From Eledone cirrhosa (taxonomy: Eukaryota), in the NCBI GenBank assembly GCA_964016885.1, contig OZ024743.1, positions 178,808,001-178,872,000 of the forward strand: a DNA stretch of 64,000 bases, in the 5' to 3' direction. Positions 1 to 18,000 of this stretch are shown here, piece after piece (position 1 is the first letter of the stretch; the number at the start of each line of letters is the position of its first letter). Under the pieces are notes generated by a model, which was given only the letters and a program-made list of their open reading frames with translations, searched no databases and was not told the DNA's origin. The translations under genes and the position numbers were made by a program.

Positions 1-3000
1 ATCATCATCAACGACAACACCACCACCACAACCACTACCCCAAAATCATCATCATCAACGACAACACCACCACCACAACCACTACCCCCAACATCATCAT
101 CATCAACGAGAACACCACCACCACAACCACTACCCCAACATCATCATCATCAACGACAACACCACCACCACAACCTCTACCCCCAACATCATCATCATCA
201 ACGACAACACCACCACCACAACTACTACCCCAACATCATCATCATCAACGACAACACCACCGCCACAACCACTACCCCCAACATCATCATCATCAACGAC
301 AACACCACCACCACAACCACTACCCCAACATCATCATCATCAACGACAACACCACCACCACAACCACTACTCCCAACATCATCATCATCAACGACACCAC
401 CACAAAAACTACCCCATCATCATCATCATCAACGACACCACCACCACCAGAAACCGCTAACCCCAACATCATCATCATCAACGACAACACCACCACCACA
501 ACCGCTAACCCCAACATCATCATCAACGACAACACCACCACCACAACCACTACCCCCAACATCATCATCATCAACGATAACACCACCACCACAACCGCTA
601 CCCCCAACATCATCATCATCAACGATAACACCACCACCACAACCGCTACCCCCAACATCATCATCAACGACAACACCACCACCACAAACACTACCCCCAA
701 CATCATCATCATCAACGATAACACCACCACCACAACCGCTACCCCCAACATCATCATCAACGACAACACCACCACCACAACCACTACCCTCAACATCATC
801 ATCATCAGCGACAACACCACCACCACAACCATTAAGCCCAACATCATCATCATCAACGACAACACCACCAGCACAACCACTACCCCCAACATCATCATCA
901 TCAACGACAACACCACCACCACAACCACTACCCCCAACATCATCATCATCAGCGACAACACCACCACCACAACCATTAAGCCCAACATCATCATCATCAA
1001 CGACAACACCACCACCACAACCACTACCCCAACATCTTCATCATCAACGACAACACCACCACCACAAGCACTACCCCAACATCATCATCATCAGCGACAA
1101 CACCACCACCACAACCATTAAGCCCAACATCATCATCCTCAACGACAACACCACCACCACAACCACTACCCCAACATCATCATCATCAACGACAACACCA
1201 CCAGCACAACCACTACCCCCAACATCATCATCCTCAACGACAACACCACCACCACAACCACTACCCCCAACATCATCATCATCAACGACAACACCACCAC
1301 CACAACCACTACCCCCAACATCATCATCATCAACGACAACACCACCACCACAACCACTACCCCCAACATCATCATCATCAACGACAACACCACCACCACA
1401 ACCACTACCCCCAACATCATCATCATCAACGACAACACCACCACCACAACCACTACCCCCAACATCATCATCATCAGCGACAACACCACCACCACAACCA
1501 CTACCCCCAACATCATCATCATCAACGACAACACCACCACCACAACCACTACCCCCAACATCATCATCATCAACGACAACACCACCACCACAACCACTAC
1601 CCCCAACATCATCATCATCAGCGACAACACCACCACCACAACCACTACCCCCAACATCATCATCATCAACGACAACACCACCACCACAACCACTACCCCC
1701 AACATCATCATCATCAGCGACAACACCACCACCACAACCACTACCCCCAACATCATCATCATCAACGACAACACCACCACCACAACCACTACCCCCAACA
1801 TCATCATCATCAACGACAACCCCACCACCACAACCACTAACCCCAACATCATCATCATCAACGACAACACCACCACCACAACCACTACCCCCAACATCAT
1901 CATCATCAACGACACCACCACCGCCACAACCACTACCCCCAACATCATCATCCTCAACGACAACACCACCACCACAACCACTACCCCCAACATCATCATC
2001 ATCAACGACAACACCACCACCACAACCACTACCCCCAACATCATCATCATCAACTACAACACCACCACCACAACCACTACCCCCAACATCATCATCATCA
2101 ACGACAACACCACCACAACCACTAACCCCAACATCATAATCATCAACGACACAACCACCACCACAACCACTACCCCCAACATCATCATCATCAACTACAA
2201 CACCACCACCACAACCACTACCCCCAACATCATCATCATCAACGACAACACCACCACAACCACTAACCCCAACATCATAATCATCAACGACACCACCACC
2301 GCCACAACCACTACCCCCAACATCATCATCATCAACGACACAACCACCACCACAACCACTACCCCAACATCATCATCATCAACGACAACACCACCACCAC
2401 AACCACTACCCCCAACATCATCATCATCAACGATAACACCACCACCACAACCACTACCCCCAACATCATCATCATCAACGACAACACCACCACCACAACT
2501 ACTACCCCCAAAATCATCATCATCAACGATAACACCACCACCACAACCACTACCCCAACATCATCATCATCAACGACAACACCACCACCACAACAACTAC
2601 CCCAACATCATCATCATCAACGACAACACCACCACCACAACCTCTACCCCCAACATCATCATCATCAACGACAACACCACCACCACAACCACTACCCCCA
2701 ACATCATCATCATCAACGACAACACCACCACCACAACCACTACCCCCAACATCATCATCATCAACGACAACACCACCACCACAACCACTACCCCCAACAT
2801 CATCATCATCAACGATAACACCACCACCACAACCACTACCCCGACATCATCATCATCAACGACAACACCACCACCACAACCACTACCCCAACATCATCAT
2901 CATCAACGACAACACCACCACCACAACCTCTACCCCCAACATCATCATCATCAACGACAACATCACCACCACAACCACTACCCCCAACATCATCATCATC

Positions 3001-6000
3001 AACGACAACACCACCACCACAACCACTACCCCCAACATCATCATCATCAACGACAACACCACCACCACAACCACTACCCCAACATCATCAACGACAACAC
3101 CACCACCACAACCTCTACCCCCAACATCATCATCATCAACGACAACACCACCACCACAACCACTACCCCAACATCATCATCATCAACGACAACACCACTA
3201 CCACAACCACTACCCCCAACATCATCATCATCAACGATAACACCACCACCACAACCATTAAGCCCAACATCATCATCATCAACGACAACACCACCACCAC
3301 AACCACTACCCCAACATCATCATTATCAACGACACCACCACCACCACAACCACTACCCCAACATCATCATCATCAACGACAACACCACCACCACAACCAC
3401 TACCCCCAACATCATCATCATCAACGACAACACCACCACCACAACCACTAACCCCAACATCATCATCATCAACCATAACACCACCACCACAACCACTACC
3501 CCAACATCGTCATCATCAACGACAATACCACCACCACAACCACTACCCCCATCATCATCATCATCAACGACAACACCACCACCACAACCTCTACCCCAAC
3601 ATCATCATCATCAACGACAACACCACCACCACAACCACTACCCCAACATCATCATCATCAACGACAACACCACCACCACAACCACTACCCATAACATCAT
3701 CATCATCAATGACACCACCACCACAACCACTACCCCAACATCGTCATCATCAACGACAATACCACCACCACAACCACTACCCCCATCATCATCATCATCA
3801 ACGACAACACCACCACCACAACCTCTACCCCAACATCATCATCATCAACGACAACACCACCACCACAACCTCTACCCCAACATCATCATCATCAACGACA
3901 ACACCACCACCACAACCTCTACCCATAACATCATCATCATCAACGACAACACCACCACCACAACCACTACCCCAACATCATCATCATCAGCGACAACACC
4001 ACCACCACAACCATTAAGCCCAACATCATCATCATCAACGACAACACCACCACCACAACCACTACCCCCAACATCATCATCATCAACGACAACACCACCA
4101 GCACAACCACTACCCCCAACATCATCATCCTCAACGACAACACCACCACCACAACCACTACCCCCAACATCATCATCATCAACGACAACACCACCACCAC
4201 AACCACTACCCCCAACATCATCATCATCAACGACAACACCACCAGCACAACCACTACCCCCAACATCATCATCCTCAACGACAACACCACCACCACAACC
4301 ACTACCCCCAACATCATCATCATCAACGACAACACCACCACCACAACCACTACCCCCAACATCATCATCATCAACGACAACACCACCACCACAACCACTA
4401 CCCCCAACATCATCATCATCAACGACAACACCACCAGCACAACCACTACCCCCAACATCATCATCATCAACGACAACACCACCACCACAACCACTACCCC
4501 CAACATCATCATCAACGAGAACACCACCACCACAACCACTACCCCCAACATCATCATCATCAACGACAACACCACCACCACAACCACTACCCCAACATCA
4601 TCATCATCAACGACAACACCACCACCACAACCATTAAGCCCAACATCATCATCATCAACGACAACACCAGCACCACAACCACTACCCCCAACATCATCAT
4701 CATCAACGACAACACCACCAGCACAACCACTACCCCCAACATCATCATCATCAACGACAACACCACCACCACAACCACTACCCCCAACATCATCATCATC
4801 AACGACAACACCACCACCACAACCACTACCCCCAACATCATCATCATCAACGACAACACCACCACCACAACCACTACCCCCAACATCATCATCATCAACG
4901 ATAACACCACCACCACAACCACTACCCCAACATCATCATCATCAACGACAACACCACCACCACAACCACTACCCCAACATCATCATCATCAACGACAACA
5001 CCACCACCACAACCTCTACCCCCAACATCATCATCATCAACGACAACATCACCACCACAACCACTACCCCCAACATCATCATCATCAACGACAACACCAC
5101 CACCACAACCACTACGCCCAACATCATCATCATCAACGATAACACCACCACCACAACCACTACCCCAACATCATCATCATCAACGACAACACCACCACCA
5201 CAACCACTACCCCAACATCATCATCATCAACGACAACACCACCACCACAACCTCTACCCCCAACATCATCATCATCAACGACAACACCACCACCACAACC
5301 ACTACCCCCAACATCATCATCATCAACGACAACACCACCACCACAACCACTACCCCCAACATCATCATCATCAACGATAACACCACCACCACAACCACTA
5401 CCTCAACATCATCATCATCAACGACAACACCACCACCACAACCACTACCCCAACATCATCATCATCAACGACAACACCACCACCACAACCACTACCCCCA
5501 ACATCATCATCATCAACGACAACACCACCACCACAACCACTACCCCCAACATCATCATCATCAACGACACCACCACCACCACAACCACTACCCCCAACAT
5601 CATCATCATCAACGACACCACCACCACCACAACCACTACCCCAACATAATCATCATCAACGACACCACCACCACCACAACCACTATCCCCAACATCATCA
5701 TCATCAACGACAACACCACCACCACAACCACTAACCCCAACATCATCATCATCAACGACAACACCACCACCACAACCACTAACCCCAACATCATCATCAT
5801 CAACGACAACACCACCACCACAACCGCTAACCCCAACATCATCATCATCAACGACAACACCACCACCACAACCACTACCCCCAACATCATCATCATCAAC
5901 GACACCACCACCACCACAACCACTACCCCCAACATCATCATCATCAACGACAACACCACCACCACAACCACTAACCCCAACATCATCATCATCAACGACA

Positions 6001-9000
6001 ACACCACCACCACAACCACTAACCCCAACATCATCATCATCAACGACAACACCACCACCAAAACCACTAACCCCAACATCATCATCATCAACGACAACAC
6101 CACCACCACAACTACTACCCCAACATCATCATCATCAACGACAATACCACCGCCACAACCACTACCCCCAACATCATCATCATCAACGACAACACCACCA
6201 CCACAACCACTACCCCAACATCATCATCATCAACGACAACACCACCACCACATCCTCTACCCCCAACATCATCATCATCAACGACAACACCACCACCACA
6301 ACTACTACCCCAACATCATCATCATCAACGACAACACCACCACCACAACCACTACCCCAAAATCATCATCATCATCAACGACAACACCACCACCACAACC
6401 ACTACCCCCAACATCATCATCATCAACGAGAACACCACCACCACAACCACTACCCCAACATCATCATCATCAACGACAACACCACCACCACAACCTCTAC
6501 CCCCAACATCATCATCATCAACGACAACACCACCACCACAACTACTACCCCAACATCATCATCATCAACGACAACACCACCGCCACAACCACTACCCCCA
6601 ACATCATCATCATCAACGACAACACCACCACCACAACCACTACCCCAACATCATCATCATCAACGACAACACCACCACCACAACCACTACTCCCAACATC
6701 ATCATCATCAACGACACCACCACAAAAACTACCCCATCATCATCATCATCAACGACACCACCACCACCACAACCGCTAACCCCAACATCATCATCATCAA
6801 CGACAACACCACCACCACAACCGCTAACCCCAACATCATCATCAACGACAACACCACCACCACAACCACTACCCCCAACATCATCATCATCAACGATAAC
6901 ACCACCACCACAACCGCTACCCCCAACATCATCATCATCAACGATAACACCACCACCACAACCGCTACCCCCAACATCATCATCAACGACAACACCACCA
7001 CCACAAACACTACCCCCAACATCATCATCATCAACGATAACACCACCACCACAACCGCTACCCCCAACATCATCATCAACGACAACACCACCACCACAAC
7101 CACTACCCTCAACATCATCATCATCAACGACAACACCACCACCACAACCACTACCCCCAACATCATCATCATCAACGATAACACCACCACCACAACCGCT
7201 ACCCCCAACATCATCATCAACGACAACACCACCACCACAACCACTACCCCCAACATCATCATCATCAACGATAACACCATCACCACAACCGCTACCCCCA
7301 ACATCATCATCAACGACAACACCACCACCACGACCACTACCCCCAACATCATCATCATCAACGACAACACCACCACCACAACCACTACCCCCAACATCAT
7401 CATCATCAACGATAACACCACTACCACAACCGCTACCCCAACATCATCATCAGCGACAACACCACCACCACAACGACTACCCCCAACATCATCATCATCA
7501 ACGACAACACCACCACCACAACCACTACCCCCAACATCATCATCATCAACGATAACACCACCACCACAACCGCTACCCCCAACATCATCATCATCAACGA
7601 TAACACCACCACCACAACCACTACCCCCAACATCATCATCATCAACGACAACACCACCACCACAACCACTACCCCAACATCATCATCAACGACAACACCA
7701 CCGTCACAACCACTACCCCAACTTCATCATCAACGACAACACCACCGCCACAACCACTACCCCCAACATCATCATCATCAACGACAACACCACCACCACA
7801 ACCACTACCCCTACATCATCATCAACGACAACACCACCGCCACAACCACTACCCCAACATCATCATCAACGACAACACCACCACCACAACCACAACCCCA
7901 ACATCATCATCATCAACGACAACACCACCACCACAACCACTACCCCAACATCATCATCATCAACGACACCACCACCACCACAACCACTACCCCAACATCA
8001 TCAACATCAACGACAACACCACCACCACAATCACTAACCCCAACATCATCATCATCAACGACAACACCACCACCACAACCACTACCCCCAACATCATCAT
8101 CATCAACGACAACACCACCACCACAAGCACTACCCCAACATCATCATCATCAACGACAACACCACCACCACAACCACTACCCCCAACATCATCATCATCA
8201 ACGACAACACCACCACCACAACCACTACCCCAACATCATCATCATCAACGATAACACCACCACCACAAAAATTAAGCCCAACATCATCATCATCAACGAC
8301 AACACCACCACCACAACCACTACCCCCAACATCATCATCATCAACGACAACACCACCACCACAACCACTACCCCAACATCATCATCATCAACGATAACAC
8401 CACCACCACAACCACTACCCCCAACATCATCATCATCAACGACAACACCACCACCACAACTACTACCCCATACATCATCATCATCAACGACAACACCACC
8501 ACCACAACTACTACCCCATACATCATCATCATCAACGACAGCACCACCACCACAACCACTACCCCAACATCATCATCAACGACAACACCACCACCACAAC
8601 CACTACCCCCAACATCATCATCATCAACGATAACACCACCACCACAACCATTAAGCCCAACATCATCATCATCAACGACAACACCACCACCACAACCACT
8701 ACCCCAACATCATCATCATCAACGACACCACCACCACCACAACCACTACCCCAACATCATCATCATCAACGACAACACCACCACCACAACCACTACCCCC
8801 AACATCATCATCATCAACGACAACACCACCACCACAACCACTAACCCCAACATCATCATCATCAACGATAACACCACCACCACAACCACTACCCCAACAT
8901 CATCATCATCAACGACACCACCACCACCACAACCACTACCCCCATCATCATCATCATCAACGACAACACCACCACCACCACAACCACTACCCCAACATCA

Positions 9001-12000
9001 TCATCATCAACGACAACACCACCACCACAACCACTACCCCAACATCATCATCATCAACGACAACACCACCACCACAACCACTACCCCAACATCATCATCA
9101 TCAACGACAACACCACCACCACAACCATTAAGCCCAACATCATCATCATCAACGACAACACCACCACCACAACCACTAACCCCAACATCATCATCATCAA
9201 CGACAACACCACCAGCACAACCACTACCCCCAACATCATCATCATCAACGACAACACCACCACCACAACCACTAACCCCAACATCATCATCATCAACGAT
9301 AACACCACCACCACAACCACTACCCCAACATCATCATCATCAACGACACCACCACCACCACAACCACTACCCCCATCATCATCATCATCAACGACAACAC
9401 CACCACCACCACAACCACTACCCCAACATCATCATCATCAACGACAACACCACCACCACAACCACTACCCCAACATCATCATCATCAACGACAACACCAC
9501 CACCACAACCACTACCCCAACATCATCATCATCAACGACAACACCACCACCACAACCATTAAGCCCAACATCATCATCATCAACGACAACACCACCACCA
9601 CAACCACTAACCCCAACATCATCATTAACGACAACACCACCACCACAACCACTACCCCATCATCATCATCATCAACGACACCACCACCACCAGAAACCGC
9701 TAACCCCAACATCATCATCATCAACGACAACACCACCACCACAACCACTAACCCCAACATCATCATCATCAACGACAACACCACCACCACAACCACTACA
9801 CCCAACATCATCATCATCAACGACAACACCACCACCACAACCACTACCCCCAACATCATCATCATCAACGACAACACCACCACCACAACCACTACCCCCA
9901 ACATCATCATCATCAACGACAACACCACCACCACAACCACTAACACCAACATCATCATCATCAACGACAACACCACCACCACAACCACTACCCCCAACAT
10001 CATCATCATCAACGACAACACCACCACCACAACCACTAACCCCAACATCATAATCATCAACGACACCACCACCACCACAACCACTACCCCAACATCATCA
10101 TCATCAACGACAACACCACCACCACAACCACTACCCCCAACATCATCATCATCAACGATAACACCACCACCACAGCCACTAACCCCAACATCATCATCAT
10201 CAACGACAACACCACCACCACAACCACTAACCCCAACATCATCATCATCAACGACAACACCACCACCAAAACCACTAACCCCAACATCATCATCATCAAC
10301 GACAACACCACCACCACAACTACTACCCCAACATCATCATCATCAACGACAATACCACCGCCACAACCACTACCCCCAACATCATCATCAACGACAACAC
10401 CACCACCACAACCACTACCCCAACATCATCATCATCAACGACAACACCACCACCACATCCTCTACCCCCAACATCATCATCATCAACGACAACACCACCA
10501 CCACAACTACTACCCCAACATCATCATCATCAACGACAACACCACCACCACAACCACTACCCCAAAATCATCATCATCAACGACAACACCACCACCACAA
10601 CCACTACCCCCAACATCATCATCATCAACGAGAACACCACCACCACAACCACTACCCCAACATCATCATCATCAACGACAACACCACCACCACAACCTCT
10701 ACCCCCAACATCATCATCATCAACGACAACACCACCACCACAACTACTACCCCAACATCATCATCATCAACGACAACACCACCGCCACAACCACTACCCC
10801 CAACATCATCATCATCAACGACAACACCACCACCACAACCACTACCCCAACATCATCATCATCAACGACAACACCACCACCACAACCACTACTCCCAACA
10901 TCATCATCATCAACGACACCACCACAAAAACTACCCCATCATCATCATCATCAACGACACCACCACCACCAGAAACCGCTAACCCCAACATCATCATCAT
11001 CAACGACAACACCACCACCACAACCGCTAACCCCAACATCATCATCAACGACAACACCACCACCACAACCACTACCCCCAACATCATCATCATCAACGAT
11101 AACACCACCACCACAACCGCTACCCCCAACATCATCATCATCAACGATAACACCACCACCACAACCGCTACCCCCAACATCATCATCAACGACAACACCA
11201 CCACCACAAACACTACCCCCAACATCATCATCATCAACGATAACACCACCACCACAACCGCTACCCCCAACATCATCATCAACGACAACACCACCACCAC
11301 AACCACTACCCTCAACATCATCATCATCAACGACAACACCACCACCACAACCACTACCCCCAACATCATCATCATCAACGATAACACCACCACCACAACC
11401 GCTACCCCCAACATCATCATCAACGACAACACCACCACCACAACCACTACCCCCAACATCATCATCATCAACGATAACACCACCACCACAACCGCTACCC
11501 CCAACATCATCATCAACGACAACACCACCACCACAACCACTACCCCCAACATCATCATCATCAACGACAACACCACCACCACAACCACTACCCCCAACAT
11601 CATCATCATCAACGATAACACCACTACCACAACCGCTACCCCAACATCATCATCAGCGACAACACCACCACCACAACCACTACCCCCAACATCATCATCA
11701 TCAACGACAACACCACCACCACAACCACTACCCCCAACATCATCATCATCAACGATAACACCACCACCACAACCGCTACCCCCAACATCATCATCATCAA
11801 CGATAACACCACCACCACAACCACTACCCCCAACATCATCATCATCAACGACAACACCACCACCACAACCACTACCCCAACATCATCATCAACGACAACA
11901 CCACCGTCACAACCACTACCCCAACTTCATCATCAACGACAACACCACCGCCACAACCACTACCCCCAACATCATCATCATCAACGACAACACCACCACC

Positions 12001-15000
12001 ACAACCACTACCCCTACATCATCATCAACGACAACACCACCGCCACAACCACTACCCCAACATCATCATCAACGACAACACCACCACCACAACCACAACC
12101 CCAACATCATCATCATCAACGACAACACCACCACCACAACCACTACCCCAACATCATCATCATCAACGACACCACCACCACCACAACCACTACCCCAACA
12201 TCATCAACATCAACGACAACACCACCACCACAATCACTAACCCTAACATCATCATCATCAACGACAACACCACCACCACAACCACTACCCCCAACATCAT
12301 CATCATCAACGACAACACCACCACCACAAGCACTACCCCAACATCATCATCATCAACGACAACACCACCACCACAACCACTACCCCCAACATCATCATCA
12401 TCAACGACAACACCACCACCACAACCACTACCCCAACACCATCATCATCAACGATAACACCACCACCACAAAAATTAAGCCCAACATCATCATCATCAAC
12501 GACAACACCACCACCACAACCACTACCCCCAACATCATCATCATCAACGACAACACCACCACCACAACCACTACCCCAACATCATCATCATCAACGATAA
12601 CACCACCACCACAACCACTACCCCCAACATCATCATCATCAACGACAACACCACCACCACAACTACTACCCCATACATCATCATCATCAACGACAACACC
12701 ACCACCACAACTACTACCCCATACATCATCATCATCAACGACAGCACCACCACCACAACCACTACCCCAACATCATCATCATCAACGATAACACCACCAC
12801 CACAACCACTACCCCCAACATCATCATCATCAACGACAACACCACCACCACAACCACTACCCCAACATCATCATCATCAACGATAACACCACCACCACAA
12901 CCACTACCCCCAACATCATCATCATCAACGACAACACCACCACCACAACCACTACCCCAACATCATCATCATCAACGATAACACCACCACCACAACCACT
13001 ACCCCCAACATCATCATCATCAACGACAACACCACCACCACAACTACTACCCCATACATCATCATCATCAACGACAACACCACCACCACAACTACTACCC
13101 CATACATCATCATCATCAACGACAGCACCACCACCACAACCACTACCCCAACATCATCATCAACGACAACACCACCACCTCAACCACTACCCCCAACACC
13201 ATCATCATCAACGACAACACCACCACCACAACCACTACCCCAACATCATCATCATCAACGACAACACCACCACCACAACTACTACCCCATACATCATCAT
13301 CATCAACGACAACACCACCACCACAACCACTACCCCAACATCATCATCATCAACGACAGCACCACCACCACAACCACTACCCCAACATCATCATCAACGA
13401 CAACACCACCACCTCAACCACTACCCCCAACACCATCATCATCAACGACAACACCACCACCACAACCACTACCCCAACATCATCATCATCAACGATAACA
13501 CCACCACCACAACCACTACCCCCAACATCATCATCATCAACGACAACACCACCACCACAACTACTACCCCATACATCATCATCATCAACGACAACACCAC
13601 CACCACAACTACTACCCCATACATCATCATCATCAACGACAGCACCACCACCACAACCACTACCCCAACATCATCATCAACGACAACACCACCACCTCAA
13701 CCACTACCCCCAACACCATCATCATCAACGACAACACCACCACCACAACCACTACCCCAACATCATCATCATCAACGACAACACCACCACCACAACCACT
13801 ACCCCCAACATCATCATCATCAACGACAACACCACCACCACAACCACTACCCTAACACCATCATCATCAACGACAACACCACCACCACAACCACTACCCC
13901 AACATCATCATCATCAACGACAACACCACCACCACAACCACTACCCCCAACACCATCATCATCAACGACAACACCACCACCACAACCACTACCCCAACAT
14001 CATCATCATCAACGACAACACCACCACCACAACCACTAACCCCAACATCATCATCATCAACGACAACACCACCACCACAACCACTACCCCAACATCATCA
14101 TCATCATCAACGACAACACCACTACCACAACCACTACCCCCAGCATCATCATCATCAACGATAACACCACCACCACATCCTCTACCCCAACATCATCATC
14201 ATCAACGACACCACCACCACCACAACCACTACCCCAACATCATCATCATCAACGACAACACCACCACCACAACCACTACCCCAACATCATCATCATCAAC
14301 GACACCACCACCACCACAACCACTACCCCAACATCATCATCATCAACGACAACACCACCACCACAACCACTACCCCCAACATCATCATCATCAACGACAA
14401 CACCACCACCACAACCACTACCCCCAACATCATCATCCTCAACGACAACACCACCACCACAACCACTACCCCCAACATCATCATCATCAACGACAACACC
14501 ACCACCACAACCACTACCCCCAACATCATCATCATCAACGACAACACCACCACCACAACCACTACCCCCAAAATCATCATCATCAACGATAACACCACCA
14601 CCACAACCACTACCCCAACATCATCATCATCAACGACAACACCACCACCACAACCACTACCCCAACATCATCATCATCAACGACAACACCACCACCACAA
14701 CCTCTACCCCCAACATCATCATCATCAACGACAACACCACCACCACAACCACTACCCCCAACATCATCATCAACGACAGCACCACCACCACAACCACTAC
14801 CCCCAACATCATCATCATCAACGACAACACCACCACCACAACCACTACCCCCAACATCATCATCATCAACGATAACACCACCACCACAACCACTACCCCA
14901 ACATCATCATCATCAACGACAACACCACCACCACAACCACTACCCCAACATCATCATCATCAACGACAACACCACCACCACAACCTCTACCCCCAACATC

Positions 15001-18000
15001 ATCATCATCAACGACAACACCGCCACCACAACCACTACCCCCAACATCATCATCATCAACGACAACACCACCACCACAACCACTACCCCCAACATCATCA
15101 TCATCAACGATAACACCACCACCACAACCACTACCCCAACATCATCATCATCAACGACAACACCACCACCACAACCACTACCCCAACATCATCATCATCA
15201 ACGACAACACCACCACCACAACCTCTACCCCCAACATCATCATCATCAACGACAACACCACCACCACAACCACTACCCCCAACATCATCATCATCAACGA
15301 CAACACCACCACCACAACCACTACCCCCAACATCATCATCATCAACGATAACACCACCACCACAACCACTACCCCAACATCATCATCATCAACGACAACA
15401 CCACCACCACAACCACTACCCCAACATCATCATCATCAACGACAACACCACCACCACAACCACTACCCCCAACATCATCATCATCAACGACAACACCACC
15501 ACCACAACCACTACCCCAAAATCATCATCATCAACGACAACACCACCACCACAACCACTACCCCCAACATCATCATCATCAACGACAACACCACCACCAC
15601 AACCGCTAACCCCAACATCATCATCATCAACGACAACACCACCACCACAACCACTACCCCCAACATCATCATCATCAACGACACCACCACCACCACAACC
15701 ACTACCCCCAACATCATCATCATCAACGACAACACCACCACCACAACCACTACCCCCAACATCATCATCATCAACGACACCACCACCGCCACAACCACTA
15801 CCCCAACATCATCATCATCAACGACAACACCACCACCACAACCACTACCCCCAACATCATCATCATCAACGACAACACCACCACCACAACCACTACCCCA
15901 ACATCATCATCATCAACGACAACACCACCACCACAACCACTACCCCCAACATCATCATCATCAACGACAACACCACCACCACAACCGCTAACCCCAACAT
16001 CATCATCATCAACGACAACACCACCACCACAACCACTACCCCCAACATCATCATCATCAACGACACCACCACCACCACAACCACTACCCCCAACATCATC
16101 ATCATCAACGACAACACCACCACCACAACCACTACCCCCAACATCATCATCATCAACGACACCACCACCACCACAACCACTATCCCCAACATCATCATCA
16201 TCAACGATAACACCACCACCACAACCACTACCCCCAACATCATCATCATCAACGACACCACCACCACCACAACCACTACCCCAACATCATCATCATCAAC
16301 GACAACACCACCACCACAACCACTACCCCCAACATCATCATCATCATCAACGACAACACCACCACCACACCCACTAGCCCCAACATCATCATCATCAACG
16401 ACACCACCACCACCACCACCACTACCCCCAACATCATCATCATCATCAACGACAACACCACCACCACAAACACTACCCCAACATCATCATCATCAACGAC
16501 AACACCACCACCACAACCACTACCCCCAACATCATCATCATCAACGACACCACCACCACCACAACCACTACCCCCAACATCATCATCATCAACGACACCA
16601 CCACCACCACAACCACTACCCCAACATAATCATCATCAACGACACCACCACCACCACAACCACTATCCCCAACATCATCATCATCAACGACAACACCACC
16701 ACCACAACCACTAACCCCAACATCATCATCATCAACGACAACACCACCACCACAACCACTACCCCCAACATCATCATCATCATCAACGACAACACCACCA
16801 CCACAACCGCTAACCCCAACATCATCATCATCAACGACAACACCACCACCACAACCACTACCCCCAACATCATCATCATCAACGACACCACCACCACCAC
16901 AACCACTACCCCCAACATCATCATCATCAACGACAACACCACCACCACAACCACTACCCCCAACATCATCATCATCAACGACACCACCACCACCACAACC
17001 ACTATCCCCAACATCATCATCATCAACGATAACACCACCACCACAACCACTACCCCCAACATCATCATCATCAACGACACCACCACCACCACAACCACTA
17101 CCCCAACATCATCATCATCAACGACAACACCACCACCACAACCACTACCCCCAACATCATCATCAGCATCAATGACAACACCACCACCACACCCACTAGC
17201 CCCAACATCATCATCATCAACGACACCACCACCACCACTACCCCCAACATCATCATCATCATCAACGACAACACCACCACCACAAACACTACCCCAACAT
17301 CATCATCATCAACGACAACACCACCACCACAACCACTACCCCCAACATCATCATTATCAACGACACCACCACCACCACAACCACTACCCCCAACATCATC
17401 ATCATCAACGACACCACCACCACCACAACCACTACCCCAACATAATCATCATCAACGACACCACCACCACCACAACCACTATCCCCAACATCATCATCAT
17501 CAACGACAACACCACCACCACAACCACTAACCCCAACATCATCATCATCAACGACAACACCACCACCACAACCACTAACCCCAACATCATCATCATCAAC
17601 GACAACACCACCACCACAACCGCTAACCCCAACATCATCATCTTCAACGACAACACCACCACCACAACCACTACCCCCAACATCATCATCATCAACGACA
17701 CCACCACCACCACAACCACTACCCTCAACATCATCATCATCAACGACAACACCACCACCACAACCACTAACCCCAACATCATCATCATCAACGACAACAC
17801 CACCACCACAACCACTAACCCCAACATCATCATCATCAACGACAACACCACCACCAAAACCACTAACCCCAACATCATCATCATCAACGACAACACCACC
17901 ACCACAACTACTACCCCAACATCATCATCATCAACGACAATGCCACCGCCACAACCACTACCCCCAACATCATCATCATCAACGACAACACCACCACCAC

